This document shows, piece after piece, positions 1 through 13,502 of a DNA stretch of 64,000 nucleotides. Origin of the DNA: Callorhinchus milii (Eukaryota); assembly GCF_018977255.1 (NCBI RefSeq), contig NW_024704742.1, forward strand, positions 31,250,001-31,314,000, read 5' to 3'. Position 1 is the stretch's first letter. The number at the start of each line of letters is the position of its first letter. The notes under the pieces are model-generated. The model saw only the letters and a program-made list of their open reading frames with translations. It did no database searches and was not told where the DNA came from. Made by a program: the position numbers and the translations under genes.

Positions 1-189
1 CAGAGCAGCAAGCTCGGTGTTACTGTAAAGAATCTCCAGTTGTGCAAATTACATTCCTTCTGAAGGAAACGCTGGTGATGTCGGGTGTAACTTAGTTCCT
101 GGTTAACTTCCAGGGTTAACGATTAAGATGTTGGGGATAAATCCAGAGAAATTGGTTTATATGGAAGACCAATTTTGATGGACAAAGAG

Positions 190-545
190 ACCTTTCGTCT
201 TACGGATTACTTCCCCTATCTTCCTCCATTTACCGAAACAAGCTGTTTTTAAATATGTCTAGCGTACTGGCCTCAACCACCTGTTCCACTTGTTAATTAT
301 CCCCTGGGCAAAGAAATATCCCTGATGTGGGTCTTGAAATTGTCCTTTGAAACCCTGCATCTGTCCTGTTCTGTTACCTTGGAGAAGCTGAATGTACTGT
401 TTTGGGTTTACTTTCTCGGTCCCATGTAAAATCTTGTATATCTCAGTGAAGTGCTCTCTGAGATGTCTCTTTTCCAGCCTGATGAGCTACAGTTTATCTA
501 ATTGTTGCTCATAGTCATAGCTCATTTCCCTAGCAGTGAGGATCA
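190..545 (-). mobile_element. Old CR1-clade LINE 3' fragment
   Basis: Minus strand translates to roughly YEQQLDKL*LIRLEKRHLREHFTEIYKILHG, the CR1 ORF2 C-terminal motif YEERL..L.L..LE.RRLRGDLIE.YKI..G, followed by a decayed 3' region. Confidence 0.7.
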
Positions 546-727
546 TGGTGCTGTGCTGTGTGAAGTGCTTCCAGACGTTCTCCCAATGTGAAAGGCACTA
601 TGAAAATGTAAATGTTGTTGTCCTGTGCTATGTGAAGCACTTCGGAACATCCTTCTGATGTGAAAGATACTATGCACAGTTAATGTATACTATTGTTATA
701 ATCATTTGCTCATCTTAATGGATGCAC

Positions 728-950
728 TAACAACTTGCATTTATACAGCAACCTTTATGTAGGGTAACTTCTCAGAGCGCATTATAGGGAAGGGGCTGAT
801 GTTGAACAATGGGGGTAGGGAGGGAGATGGCAATAGGCATGTTTAAAGAGCTAGGATTTGAGGTGGGACGTAAAGACAGAGAGGTGGTAAGATGGATGCT
901 GGAGGGAAGGAGTTCCTGAGGTTAAATACCGTGAGAAGGAGATGGGACCG
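728..950 (-). mobile_element. L2 LINE 3' end remnant
   Basis: Starts with aacaacttgcatttatacagc, the reverse complement of the L2 tail seen throughout the window; purine-rich 3' region follows. Confidence 0.65.
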
Positions 951-1029
951 AAGCCTTGCTCAGCTTTTTATCTCTACCCTCATCCCTACAGAAATGAAAA
1001 CAAAAGAACAGCTTTAACGTTTCGCTACC

Positions 1030-1972
1030 TCTGGATACCTCCTGGATGAGAGACAACTTTCTTCAGCTCAAAGTGCATAAAACCGAGGCCCTCCTGATTG
1101 GCTCACGTCAGCTCCTCCGCACCTCAGCGCTGACAGCATCAGCATCCAAGGCTGCACTCTCCACCTCTCAAAGCCGGTCAGGAACCTCGGTGTTCTGTTC
1201 GACCCTGAGCTGTCCTTTCTTCCTCATATCCGCGCCACAACTGGCACCGCCTTCCATCGCCTACGAAACATAGCCGGACTACTGCACTACCTCACCCCTC
1301 ACGCTGCTGAAACTCTGGTCCACGCCTTTATCACCTCAAGGCTGGATTATGGGAACTCTCTCCTCGCCGGCCTTCCTGGCACCTCCCTCCACAAGCTGCA
1401 GGTCATTCAGAACTCTGCAGCTCGTGTACTGTCCCGCACCAGACTTCGCGACCACATCACTCCCACCCTCGCTCGCCTCCACTGGCTCCCCATCCCCCAG
1501 AGGATCGAATTCAAGATCCTCATCCTCGCCTACAAGGCCATTCACTCCCTCCTACCTCTCTGACCTACCATCCCCCTACTTACCTGCCCGTATCCTCCGT
1601 TCCTCTGGCTCCGGTCTCCTCCACATCCCCCGCCCCAACCTCCCTACCATCGGTGGCCGGGTCTTCAGCCTCTCAGCCCCTAGGCTCTGGAACTCTATCC
1701 CCCAGTGCCTTCGCCGCCTCCTCCCTTTCCTCCTTCAAGGCCGGTCTCAAGACCTTTCTCTTTGACCATGCCTTCAGCTCCCCTCTCGACTCTCTACCCT
1801 CTCCTCGCCTCCTCCCTTCCCTCCCCTCACACTGACCATTTCCCCCCTCCTCGCTCCCTCCCTTTCCTCCCTGACCATTTCCCCCCTGCTCGGGTCCTGA
1901 CCCAACTGTCCAGTGCCTTGGGACATCCTCCTGACGTGAAAGGCGCTCTGTAAATGGAATCTTGTTGTTGTT
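1030..1972 (+). mobile_element. 5'-truncated L2 LINE (decayed ORF2 C-terminus plus 3' tail)
   Basis: WMRDNFLQLKVHKTEALLIG, LVHAFITSRLDYGNSLL, LQVIQNSAARVL, LHWLPIPQRIEFKIL and APRLWNS motifs across frameshifts; ends gtgaaaggcgctctgtaaatg...(ttg)n. Confidence 0.95.
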
Positions 1973-3644
1973 GATTGCTGAATTCCTGCAGAAAGATGGA
2001 TCTTTGAGAGGAGGATTCTCACTACGCTGAGAGCGAGTGACTGTGGGGAGATGATGGTGAGTGTTCGGCCTGTACACTGAGCACAAACACATTCGAAAAG
2101 TGAGCTTTTTTTTTGACAAAGCCAGTCGATGCGGCCGGTCTCTTTCCACCCTGGACCTGTTGAATCCTGGTCAGAAGATGAATCTCTGGATTAGATTCGA
2201 GGCAGCTTTCTTGGAAATGAAAAGGGGTCCAGAAAATGCAGACAGCATTTCCCATCGCTCTTTTAATGGCCTGTTATATTGTAGCAGGATATTTTTGTCA
2301 CGCCGAATCTGATTGATGGTCTCGGCTATAAGACGTTACAACTACACAGTAAATTGACCAAACACCTAAACATACAAATTATTAAAAAGGGGGTAGCCTT
2401 CGGTCTCCCGGGACCCAGGCAGGCTTTAGTTAAGATGATCCCATTTCCAAGTGCAATTTATAGTCTATTGACTTGTGGCAGTGTCTTTCTAGATGTGAGG
2501 AAATTGTCATACATTGCAAATGAGAGCTGTTTTGACATCGGCTTCTCAGAGTGTGCAGTGTGGAAATGATATTGGTGTCTGGGTTGTTAAGGTTAAATTA
2601 AACCATATTGTTGCTCACAGCCAGGCATTCATTTCCTCTTTGCAGCTGTCCTTGTGTACAATTACTCTGATTAGGGTGAGTTACAGTGTGTTTTTGACAC
2701 CTATTGTGCTGATGTAAACTGAGATTTCCCACTCAAGTGCCATTAGTCATTACCTGAATGCATTGTTAGTTTGACTGAGTTGGTCCTTGCACATTATGTG
2801 GCTGCTCATCTGCCAGACAAGTATCTAAATGAGAGCCCGAGCGCTCAGCCCTCACCTCCTAACATTAGGAGAACATCAGAGCCAGAAAATCTTGACTTGA
2901 ATGATATAAAGATAAATAGAATAAAAATTTATAATAATAATTATAATAGTGATCCTTGCATTTGATATAGCTCCTTATCACATAGTTGAGCGGTCTCAAA
3001 GCGCTTCACAGAATATACTGTAAAGTGAATTGACTGTGTATTTTGTGAGTGAAATGAAAAATCTGATATAGAATAGGAAGAGAAAAAGGCTAGTCAGCTT
3101 GCAGAACCTGCTCCATTAGTTTATTAAACAACGCAGATCTTTCAAATCCTATTTCTTCGCCTTTTTTTCATAACACCTAAATACCCTTACTTCCCAAACG
3201 CCTCCCTTTTAAACACATTAAACAGCGTGGGAATGTTCAGAGAAAGTAGGTTCCTTATATATGGATATCTTGTATTTGCTTACCCCCGATGGCTACATTT
3301 ATATTGTTGTGTTGTGTGACAGGAAGTGGGATCGATATTCACTTGCTAACCTTTTTTTTTCAAAATCAATGAGTTAGTGGAGTATTTCAAAGATTTGGTG
3401 ACTTTTGTAAGTTTAGAGATTTTAGGAAGGATTTAATGCTCTGTTAGCTGGTAGCGAGGCCATGTCTCTAATGTTGTAGGGGTCAACACTGGCATGGAGC
3501 TAACCATCCTCTTCCGCCTGCTGGTCTGGAGTTTTTGATTGCATAGAGTCCAGAAGTAGGAGGTGGAATTTCCCTTCACTCTCTTGAATGGGACTAAATT
3601 CTATCAGTGACTGGATGTACAGTGCATACTACATCACTGAGTTT

Positions 3645-3945
3645 GTTGATGTCGAAGCTATGCGGTTTTAGCTGATTAGACTCCAGCAGTATCTCAACGC
3701 GCGCTCTGGGGTCCCCAAGCCTTAACTTTTGCCAACCTGCCCCTAATACTTCTGGAATTAGATAAGCGGGATGCATCCCTCCAGAGAGAGAGTGCACATT
3801 CCATTCCAACAATCTATCTCTGAAATTTCCAGGTGTTGGTTGGATGTATGGAATTCTCAGTTTGGTTTGGATACTTGTAAGCATCACGATGGGTTTCTGG
3901 ATGTATCAGAAACCCGGCTGAACAAACAAAATGTTTGCTGATGTT
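3645..3945 (+). repeat. Unclassified interspersed repeat family A, copy 1
   Basis: Aligns by eye with 15760-16010, 27515-27740(-), 41385-41640, 47440-47700(-) and 14100-14185(-); contains the palindrome gggatgcatccc. Confidence 0.8.
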
Positions 3946-4670
3946 CACAATAGGAACCAGCTTTCTTGAGGATTATGAGGATTTATTCACTGGGTTCCAG
4001 GTCACCTTTACCATTTAATAATGCTCAGATGTGGGAAACAGAGCTTAAAATGTGCAATTGAAGAGCAAATACACAGCAATACAGGAGAACTGGGTGATTA
4101 GCCACATGCCTAAGCTTCCTTCAAGGAATTATTGCCTTGGTCTCAGTACTGAAAATGAGAACTGAATAAAGTGACCCTATTTCACTGTCCACTATAGCTA
4201 CATGCAATGATTTAATAATAATCCTTGCAATTGATTTAGCGCCTTATCATGTCTTCGCGATGTCTCAAAGCTCTTCACAAAATATACTGTGAAGTGAATT
4301 GGCTGTATATTTTGTGGGCGAAACATGGTTCGATGGCTACTTGGTTTCAGAAATTACTTAACTTATCTTTATAATAATAAATAATAGCAATTCTTGCATT
4401 TGACCTAGTATCTTTCACATAGTATCTTTAACTGGAGGACTGTTGGCAAGGAGAAACTCCCTCTGCCTTCCAAATAGTGCCAGAAGATCTGTAAAGTATA
4501 CATGAACAGGAGAAATTGGGACCTTGGTTTAATGTCTCATTCCAAAAAAGCCCTTCAGCAAAGAGAACAAGATCACTTTTAAAATCATCCACCCCAGGTT
4601 GTTGATGAAATTGAGAAGCAAAAGCAGTGTCAGAACAAACAAAACAATAACTTGCATTTATATAGCGTTA

Positions 4671-5268
4671 CAAGAGTAGGGAAGTCTTGCTGCAGTTGTA
4701 TAAGGCCTTCCTTGGTGAGACCGCACCTAGAATATTGTGTGCAGTTTTGGTCTCCTTATTTAAGAAAGGATATACTCGTCTTAGAGGGGGTGCAGCATAG
4801 CTTCACTAGGTTGGTTCCTGGGATGAGGGGGTTGACCTATGAGGATAGGTTGAGTAAACTTGGGGTATATACTCTAGAATATAGAAGAATTAGAGGTGAT
4901 CTTATAGAAACCTATAAGATTCTTAAGGGTCTTCACAGGGTAGATGCTGTGAGACTGTTTCCCCTGGTTGGAGAATCTAAAACTAGGGGTCATAGTCTCA
5001 AGATTAAGGGATAGCCTTTTCGAACTGAGTTCAGAGGGTAGTGAATTTGTGGAATTCTCTACCACAGAAGGCTGTGGATGCTCAGTCCTTGAACATATTC
5101 AAGACTGAGTTTGATAGTTTTCTAAAGGATAGAGGGATTAAAGGATATGGGGATAGAGTGGTTAAATGGAATTAGGGTAGAAGATCAGCCATGATCTTAT
5201 TAAATGGTGGGGCAGGCTCGAGGGGCCGAATGGCCTACTCCTGCTCCTAGGTCTTATGATCTTATGGT
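4671..5268 (+). mobile_element. 5'-truncated CR1-clade LINE (ORF2 C-terminus plus 3'UTR)
   Basis: LVRPHLEYCVQFWSPYLRKDI...GDLIETYKILKG...KTRGHSLK, then QRVVNLWNSLPQKAV; terminal gggccgaatggcctactcctgctcct stem and (tcttatga) repeat. Confidence 0.95.
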
Positions 5269-5844
5269 CCTTCGCGCAGGATAGAGTCTCAGAGTGCTGA
5301 ATAATGTAGTTTGACGCTGAGCCGAGCTGAGTATAAAGATCATGATTGAAGAAGAAAGTTTTCAGGTGTGATATGAAGATGGATAAAGAGGGGGCAAGAC
5401 AGAGGGATTGAACACACCAGCCTAAAGTATGCGTACATCTCAAGATCACAAGACAGGTTTGAGTGAAGAAGGCCCTTTGGCTCTTTTGAATTTATTCTTC
5501 AGAATACTCACCCTTCGGTCTTCCCATTATAGCATTGAGCTGTTTCTTAAATGTGTCCAGTGCTAGCACTCTTCCTTGTAACTGTGGTATGTCGTGATGA
5601 CTCAGAGTGTTTGGGATGTGGACAACTTGATGAAAAACAAAATTGAATCCTCCTCCTACTTGAGCTCATAATTATCTATGACCTGGCCTCATACTCAGCC
5701 TCAATCAGTTAAATTTGATAAAACAGATGGTTGCCATTTGTTGCTTTTGGATGTCTGAGTCCTCAGCAGTTGTATATCCAGGTCAACAGTTCAACAACTT
5801 CTCTGTGAGATCTGTGCCAAACCCCACTTGAAACCCAAGAACTA

Positions 5845-5992
5845 AGGGAGATTACATGAGGGAGAAGGAAATAGAGGGTTTAGGCAGGAACAATTAGGAA
5901 GGGTGGAAGCTCATGCAGAGTATAAAGACTGGGGTGGATTAGATAAGCCAAATGGCTTGTTCTGTGCTGTTACTTTTTATGTAATTCTATGC
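5845..5992 (+). mobile_element. CR1 3'UTR fragment
   Basis: Ends gccaaatggcttgttctgtgctgtt...ttctatg; the same subfamily occurs inverted at about 45260-45360. Confidence 0.65.
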
Positions 5993-6280
5993 AAGTGCAG
6001 AATTCTTTAACATCATATTGGGCATTGACAGAATAACTGAGACAATCACAAGTTGAGTGAATTGCTCTGATGCCAAACTGATGATTGTGGCTGAAATGTT
6101 GCAGTGGCTCCTTTCTCACTGATCTTTGAGATGATCAGTAGCAGGGATAAAGATTTGTAGTTGTCAGGGAAAACATAGCTTATTTCTAAGTGGAGAAGCA
6201 TTACTTTTGTTGTTCTTCAGATAAGACAAGCACAATTAACATTGATATCTGGGGATGTTATGTGAAGCTAACAAATAGAA

Positions 6281-6800
6281 ATAATAATTCTTACATTTGA
6301 TATAGCACCTCTCATGTCAGGAGGATGACTCAAAGTGCTTCACAAAATATACTGTAAAGTGCAGTATTGTGGGCAAACTCAGCAATGTCCCACAAACAGC
6401 CATAAAATGAATGATCAACTTTATTTGGGAAATTGTTAGCCAAGTCATCAGGAGAAACTCCCTTCTCTTTTCAAATAGTGCCATGGGATCTTTAACGTCC
6501 ACCTAAACAGGCAGATGGGACCTTGGTTTAATGTCTCATCTAAAGGACAGCATCTCCAACAATGCAGCACTCCTCCAGCACTACATTGCAGTGCCAGCTT
6601 AGGCCAGTGGTATCCATCATTCATTTATGCCATCAATCAAGGAATATTCAGTCAAGAAAAAAATGAAAACAGGCTACTGATCGAACATGGACTTACATAG
6701 ACTTGTGCGAATGTTCGGGGGTCCACTTCTTGATGGCCCCCCCCCAAACACACAACCTTCTGACTCAAAGGCAAGTGCTACAGACTGAGCCAGGCTGACA
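6281..6800 (-). mobile_element. Deu-domain tRNA-SINE (SacSINE1-like)
   Basis: Reverse complement has head tgtcagcctggctcagtctgtagcact...gagtcagaagg, Deu core gtggacgttaaagatcccatggcact and an L2-like tail; unrelated sequence interrupts it at about 6600-6740. Confidence 0.85.
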
Positions 6801-7147
6801 TAACAAGTACTCTGGGATCATAATGTGATAATGCCTGTAAGCAATACTTATACCAGGAGATTATTTCAAAATAATATATTTTTCTAGATGGTGCTGAAAA
6901 GCATGAGGTGCTACAAAAATTAAAAAATTAAAATTAAAAAATTACATAATTGTCTTTTTCATTAACCATAGTAGTTTGGGAAAAGTTTGGCTCAAATCAG
7001 AACCCAATTGAAAGCTTTGCTTGACCATTGCTTAAAAGGAAAGCCATTTCCTGAAATGCCATGTGCTTCCATTCATTCTTGAAATGGATCCCATTGAATT
7101 TGAGTACCATTTCCCTTATTCCAGATCTAAAGATCTTCAGCAATAGT

Positions 7148-7655
7148 GACAGCAACAACAACAAATTACACTTGTATAGTGCCCTTCACGTCGGAGAGAC
7201 AGGTGTTTTGGACCTGAGCTAGTAGTTGGGGTCAGAAGGGGAAGAGGGCAAGGGGTGGGGGTTGGGAGGGTAGCCAAAGGCACGATCGAAGAGGAAGGTT
7301 TTCGGACGGGACTTGAAGGAGGCAAGAGGGGGTGAGTTGGAGAGATTGCGGGATAGAGTTCCAAAGTGTGGGGGTAGAGATGCTGAATGCCCAACTGCTA
7401 ATGGTGGGGCTAGAAGTGCAGGGGACCTAAAAGAGGCTGGTGTCCGCCGAGCAGAGGGGGCGGACAGGCTGATATGGGGTTATGAAGTCGGAGAGGTAGG
7501 GGGAGCAAGACCGTGGAAGGCCTTGAAGGTAAGAATGAGGGTTTTGTACTTGATTCTATGAGGAATGAGGAGCCAGTGAAGACGGGCAAAAACGGGGTGA
7601 TAGGTTCCCGGAGCCTGGTGCGGGAGAGCTGCAGAGTTGCAGAGAGTTCTGAATA
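7148..7655 (-). mobile_element. L2 LINE 3' fragment
   Basis: Minus ORF reads ARLHWLLIPHRIKYKTLILTFKAFHGLAP; (caa)n tail near 7150. A plus-strand L2 tail abuts at 7655-7705. Confidence 0.92.
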
Positions 7656-8929
7656 ACTCTGCGTGAGGGACGCTATATAAATGCAAGTTGTTGTTCTTGT
7701 TGTTGACTCTAAAGTATGTGGAAATAGGCCTTGAATCACTGCAAGAGCTCAGTCATGCAAAGAGAATCCCTTATGCTATGATGATAGATTTTGAAACAAA
7801 AAACTTGTCTGACCAAGCAACAAACTTCCGTGAAATTCATTATGAATCAAGATGAGGGAAGACAAATAGAGGGTATAAGTTTAATTAAATACAGTGGTAG
7901 TAAATATCCAGAACAACTTGTCTGGAGATTCAGTGGAGGCTAACAATAGGAACAATTTCAAGAGAGAGCTGGACAGAGTTTGGTGTTAAAATAATTAAGG
8001 ACTATTGAATGGTATTTTTCGAACTTTGGTCGGATGGACTGAAGTGGTACCTGACTTTGTCAAACTGCCTGTAATGGTGCCATTGCGAAAGATCTTTTGA
8101 TCTGAAATACTGGCTGTGGTAAACGAGCTCCTTTCCAAGATCCATGGGTTGAACATTAGACGGATTTTAACCTGAATCCAGGTTAAAATATTGGAATCTT
8201 AGGTTTGGGGCCAGAGGTCCCAAACCATCTTCCAGACATGTACGTGGTTTTAAAGATGGCGGTTTGTTTCCATGCCTGGCTTGGAAATCTGCGAGAGATT
8301 GTGACCCACCATTGCTGTGCAATCGCCCTTACAGCAGTCGTATTGGGATCAGCAGTGCTGCTGGTCAGACTTGTGTAAACAATAACTATATTTAGGTACA
8401 ATCCAGCAAGTACTTCGGCATTCTTTGTCAGAGCTAATTGTGTAAATTTGTTGCACATGCAGCAAGTTGCTGAGCATTCAGTTGCCCAGCTCAGGTTGGC
8501 CTGTAGCTAATACACTGCTGCATGCCCTATGCAGCAAGCGCTCCAGGACGCTAACTCGAGTGAAAGGCGCTATGTAAATGCAATTTGTTGTTGAAGCATC
8601 TTTGTGAGGGCAAGGATGCTATGGAATTATTGTTGGCTTCACAAGGGTACATTAATATATTAACGTGTTAGTATGGGTGGCTATGTTTGCTTGAAATTTT
8701 TTTTGGGGGGAGTGAGGGTGGAGGGGTGTGTGGGGGTGAGGCAACCGCACAAAGTATCCAGTTTTGGCCTTATTCCTTTTCATTCTGGAAAACAAAGATT
8801 AGGAGGACCCTGGAAGAAAAAGTTTACTCTGGGCGTAAAACACAAGCAAAGAGTTGTAAAAGATCTGGCGCCCTGTCTCGAGCTGCTGTTTGATCTCGCT
8901 GATGGCCACTGTCAGAACTTACTAGTCAT

Positions 8930-9860
8930 TTGCCGTTTCATTAGCTGCTAGCTTTTCAATTTCTGCCCCTGGAAGTTACACAGCTTTGAACAAGTCCCTG
9001 CAGTAATTGAATTTGCTGCAGAAATAGAATGGTGAAAAATTTCATTTTCTTCTGGCGCACCAGCAGACATGCCGCTGGACTTCATGCATTTGCCTCCCAT
9101 AATGGACCCCTTTGCAAAGCCTCCCTAAAATAATATCTGAGTGCATCAGCCTGTCACTTTGTAATTTTCTCCTAAATGCCTTCCACAAATAATGGTTTTC
9201 AGAATGAGCATTAACAGGCTTGATTACATGAAATTGTCCTTTTAATTTACACCAGGATTCTATTGATCACACAAGTGCAGATTAAAGTGTTCAATGAAGC
9301 CAGTGATGAGGTATTAACCACCTAAGGGTCCTCCAGGGGCTTGCAGGGAGCCCAGGAATATGCTATAAGTGTACAGTTATTTCACCATAATGAAGTGCCA
9401 CTATGCGGAGGCATGAATCTCTGGCAGGAAGAATAGATTGGAGATGATGAGCTCTTCAAGTCATTTCTTGGTTACTCATTCAGCATCATGCCCAGATTCT
9501 CTTGCGATTCTTCTGCATTACTTGTCATGAAATGCCAGGATTTACTTAGCCAGCGAATGCAATTTTTATGACCTTATTGCTTTTTTCCATGGTAATAGTT
9601 TTGAATCAATTTATCAATCCAGCCGGTGCCATCAGACATATTGCCCTGAAGATCAAGTCCAGGTCATTTCATCAATTCACTCTGGTACAGGGACAGGAAA
9701 ACCTCAGCTTGTGTAGGCTTTTTGCTGAAAATGGCTCAGTAAACATGCTGGCATCAAATTAACCCTGTGCGCACTGAATTTTCCTTTGCATCTCTCCTTG
9801 TAAACATGGTGTTGCAACTGCTCTGCGTAACCTGGCAACAACCTTGATTGATTGTACATT
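8930..9860. promoter_or_regulatory. Candidate conserved non-coding element cluster
   Basis: About 0.9 kb with no recognisable repeat; many TAAT/ATTA, ctgtca and tgattgat motifs. Conservation is inferred, not shown. Confidence 0.4.
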
Positions 9861-10789
9861 GTGACTGCTTCTTTTTGTGTGTGAAGATTTTTAAGATTTC
9901 CCCCCTCAATACATACAAAAGCAGAACATTGTGTAGCTGGGTTTTATCAATAACATTATGGGATATAGTACAAAGGTAGTTCGGGACATATGCCTCCGCC
10001 AGGAAGGTGGACGTGAACTAGATGGACCTTGGTCTTTTTTTATCTAGTATTTCTTATGTTCTTATTTTGAATGTCAACAAATTGAACTAAAGGTACATAA
10101 ATCAACCTTTTTGTTTGCCAAATACTGTATTTCCAAAAGTGTCATCTGTTAAAAGAGCGGTGCAGAATAGTTTTAAATTAAAAAATTCATTATATATAAC
10201 TAAAAAATGTATTAAATATCTTTTATATGAATTGTTTCAGAAAGCAGATTAAAAAATAGATACCGGAAATCAATAATAAGAACAATAATCCTTGCATTTG
10301 ATATAGAGCCTTTTCACTTCAGAGAACATACCGTAAAGCGAACTGACTGACTAAGCGCTTAACAGTGGTGGAGCCTGACTCCGAGCCGAGAGGAGGAGGG
10401 AGGTGGCCATAAGCACGGTCGAAGAGGAAGGTTTTCAGGCGGGACTTGAAAGAGGGGAGAGAGGGGGCAAAGTGGAGGAATTGAGTGGGAGTGTTCCAGA
10501 GTTAACCCACGTATGGCCACACCATAGAACTGATTAAACATTTCCAATACAATTTATATTCATATTAATAATCATCCTTGTATTTGATATAGCACCTTAT
10601 TATGACTTTGAGACATCTCAAAGCCCATCACAGAATATACTCTAAATATACTACGAAATGAATTGACTGTGTATTTTTGTGGGTGAAATTTATATAGGAT
10701 CTTTCACACCGGGAGAATGTCTCAAATTACTTTGGCTTAAATTGTCACAGGATGGAAGTGGAGACGTTTTCCATGGTTTGTCGTAGGGA

Positions 10790-10945
10790 ATAATTGTCTG
10801 AAGTTGGGAGTTGAGCGAATTTGTTGGGACAGGGTAGAGGGAGTGTTGTTCTGCAATCCGGGCTGTGGTGTACCTGATCGGGAGCTCAGTGACTAAAATG
10901 AACCATGTATCATTCCCAAATCTGTCAGTTTGATGAACATAGAAA
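10790..10945 (+). mobile_element. Decayed SINE 3' part (LF-SINE-related shark motif)
   Basis: gggacagggtagagggagtgttgttctgcaatccgggctgtggtgtacctg resembles a recalled chondrichthyan repeat gggacagtgtagagggagctttactctgtatctaacccgtgctgtacctg. Confidence 0.45.
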
Positions 10946-11289
10946 CTTTAACAATTACAATTTGGATTTATACGGTGCTTTCCACACGGGATAAATGTCT
11001 CATAAGCGCTTTACCAGGATGATAAAAAGAAGCGAGAAGAGGAAGGAGAATATAAGGGTGTTGATCAAATGGATAGTCCGAGTTTTGAAGACCAGGAGAG
11101 ATGGAAAAATGAAAAGGGATTAAGGTGGAGTGTTCCAGAGACTGGAGGCATTTGGCTAAAGGCTTGGGTGTTAGATGCATGTTGTCTCTGAATCTCTAGA
11201 GCATTACCCATTTTTATGTTATATTTTTCATTTCTACTGAGTTTGACCCAGGTTAATGTGGGAACCTTAAGTTATTAACTTATTTGTAC

Positions 11290-11720
11290 AAAAGGCCAAT
11301 CAAATTTCTTCAGGCTGCAGCACTGGTACGGAACAGATACATAAAGCCAACATCGCAAAGCACTTTCACGCAAAACAGAATTCATGATTATTTTGAAATC
11401 AATCACTGCTCCTGCAGTAAGCTGCCATTTTTTAGTGTGCACATTAAAACTACAGTGTTGATGGCTTCTATATTTATTATGCTGCTCGTGTCTGCCTGGA
11501 GTTTGAATGATTTCGCACATCACCATTCCAGATGTTTGTTCCTGTTTTGATTATTGGCACAAACGCAGATCACAAACGGCGAGCGCTGTCATTTCTCTCA
11601 GAGCTGAGCCCGAGATCCTTCACCGATCTTCTTGTCTTTAGGTACAAGGCTTTTGGTTTGGCAGGTGTCTCATGCTGCAAAAAAAGGAAGAGTTTAAGCT
11701 CTCAGTCACATTGGTAAAGA
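11290..11720. promoter_or_regulatory. Candidate conserved non-coding element
   Basis: Repeat-free, retains CpGs, and carries atcaat, tgattatt, gctgtca and ccaatcaaa motifs. Confidence 0.3.
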
Positions 11721-12400
11721 ATAAAAAAATAATTTCAGCAATAAGTAGTTTGTTTCACAACCTTGTTTTTTAAATGCCTAATTTCTGTTTGGAGAGAGGG
11801 AGTTCCATTACAAAGACGTGACAGAAAGATCAATGATAGATGATTGACCCCATTGTTATGTTTCTATGAAATATGGTAATATGCTAATGGTATTGACACT
11901 GAATGAATTCATATAGACATTTAAGTATTAGGTGTTAAATTTTAAAAAAACACAGGTAACTTTGAACAATCAAACAATTTTATCTGTATTTCCTTTTTTC
12001 AGTCTTTGACTTTCCGATAGAACAGAAAACACATGTCTCATCCCCATGTAGGTTTATAACATTATGAAATATTATCAACCTTGAGAGGATAAAGCAAGAT
12101 GTGAACTAGTCTTTTTGTTGCCACAGTCAATCCCTCATCTGTGTTATTGAGGTGATAGGGATAATTGATCTTGTATGGAATCGACAACCCAGTTACAAAG
12201 CAGTCGCCTGAATCCAATATCTCGGGCCCCCTTTATTAGCAAGCGCAAAAAAAAATGGTTGGCTTCTGTGTGATCAGGTACCCGGCTGAAATCACTTCCT
12301 GTACATAATGCACATTTGCAGTGAGTGTGGAGGAAGTAACAATGTGCAGGAAATGATGACAGTGATGACTCGATGACCCAGATATTGATTTTTTTAGTCT

Positions 12401-12653
12401 CATAGGCCCGAAATTCCACTTAGTCTTAGCCTGTCAGACCATTCTATCTCAAAAATCTAAGAAGATGCCTAATTGTGGATCGTTCTTAAATTCAGTCTTA
12501 ATTGGAAAGGCAGTTTTCCACAGTTCATTAAAAGAGCTGGCTTCCAAATACAGCCCAAATTGGAGAATTTTCCACAAATCTGTGCGATCTTAAAGTTTAA
12601 GGCAGGCAAAATAATATTCCAGACTAAGGGCAAGGTGGAATTTCAGATTTATG
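12401..12653. mobile_element. MITE with GAAATTCCAC terminal inverted repeats
   Basis: Left end cataggcccgaaattccacttagtcttagcctg versus right-end reverse complement cataaatctgaaattccaccttgcccttagtctg. Confidence 0.7.
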
Positions 12654-12816
12654 GACTTTCAGACATGCAGTACTATATGCAGCCATCTCAATACTGTGGT
12701 GCTCTCTGCCTTTTAGAAAAGAATGAGACATGTCTCTCATTTAGAAGCCGAGCTTCTGTTTTCTCAATCACCAGCCTTTGTTCTGACTCTGTGACCAAAT
12801 GTCTCCAATACATATT

Positions 12817-13126
12817 AATAATAATAATAATCCTTGCATTTGATATAGCGTTTTTCACATCTTCTCGACGTCTTAAAGCGCTTCACAGAATAGATTGTAA
12901 AGTGAATTGACTGTATATTTGTGGGCGAAATGTGGCAGCCAATTCGCACAGCAGTGTCCCACAAACAATCGTGGATTGAAATGACCGATTTATTATTGTT
13001 TTTTTGAGGGATTATTATCAGGCGTGTGGAGTAAGGAAACTTGCCCAAGGTTTCACCCTGCCGGGAATCAAACCCAGTTCTTTCATTTGCAAAGCGAGTG
13101 CTCTAACCACTGAGCTACAAGACTCC
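12817..13126 (-). mobile_element. tRNA-Ala-derived SINE, short form, full length
   Basis: Reverse complement begins ggagtcttgtagctcagtggttagagcactcgctttgcaa (A box, TGC anticodon loop) and ends gcgctatatcaaatgcaagg(att)n. Confidence 0.95.
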
Positions 13127-13502
13127 AATATTGAAGATTGTGATGTGTGCTAACTGCCTGAAATAATTCAGTTTCAATCTTGATGATCTGCAGAGCATCC
13201 TGAATGTTGAGATCACAAAAGAGGATCGAGTAAAGAAGATTCTTCGGTCCATTTGATCTCATCCTTCCAGAATACTAACTCATTTTGCTATGTTCACCTC
13301 CAAAACACACAGTCACTGTACCTCAGGTTATATCCTGTTAAGCCCTTTAAGACATCCTCCCATTATTACCCCTGGAAAGAGATCCAACAATCTACTAACC
13401 TTCGGAACTTGCCAAAGGTTTTGCCCCCCCACACCAACCCCTGGGACTCAAACGCAGGTCCTCTTGCTTGCGATATGAGTGCAATAACTTACATTTATAA
13501 AA

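Noticed and set aside
12350..12390. C/D-box snoRNA (atgatga)
   Set aside because: No suitably placed CTGA D box with a terminal stem.
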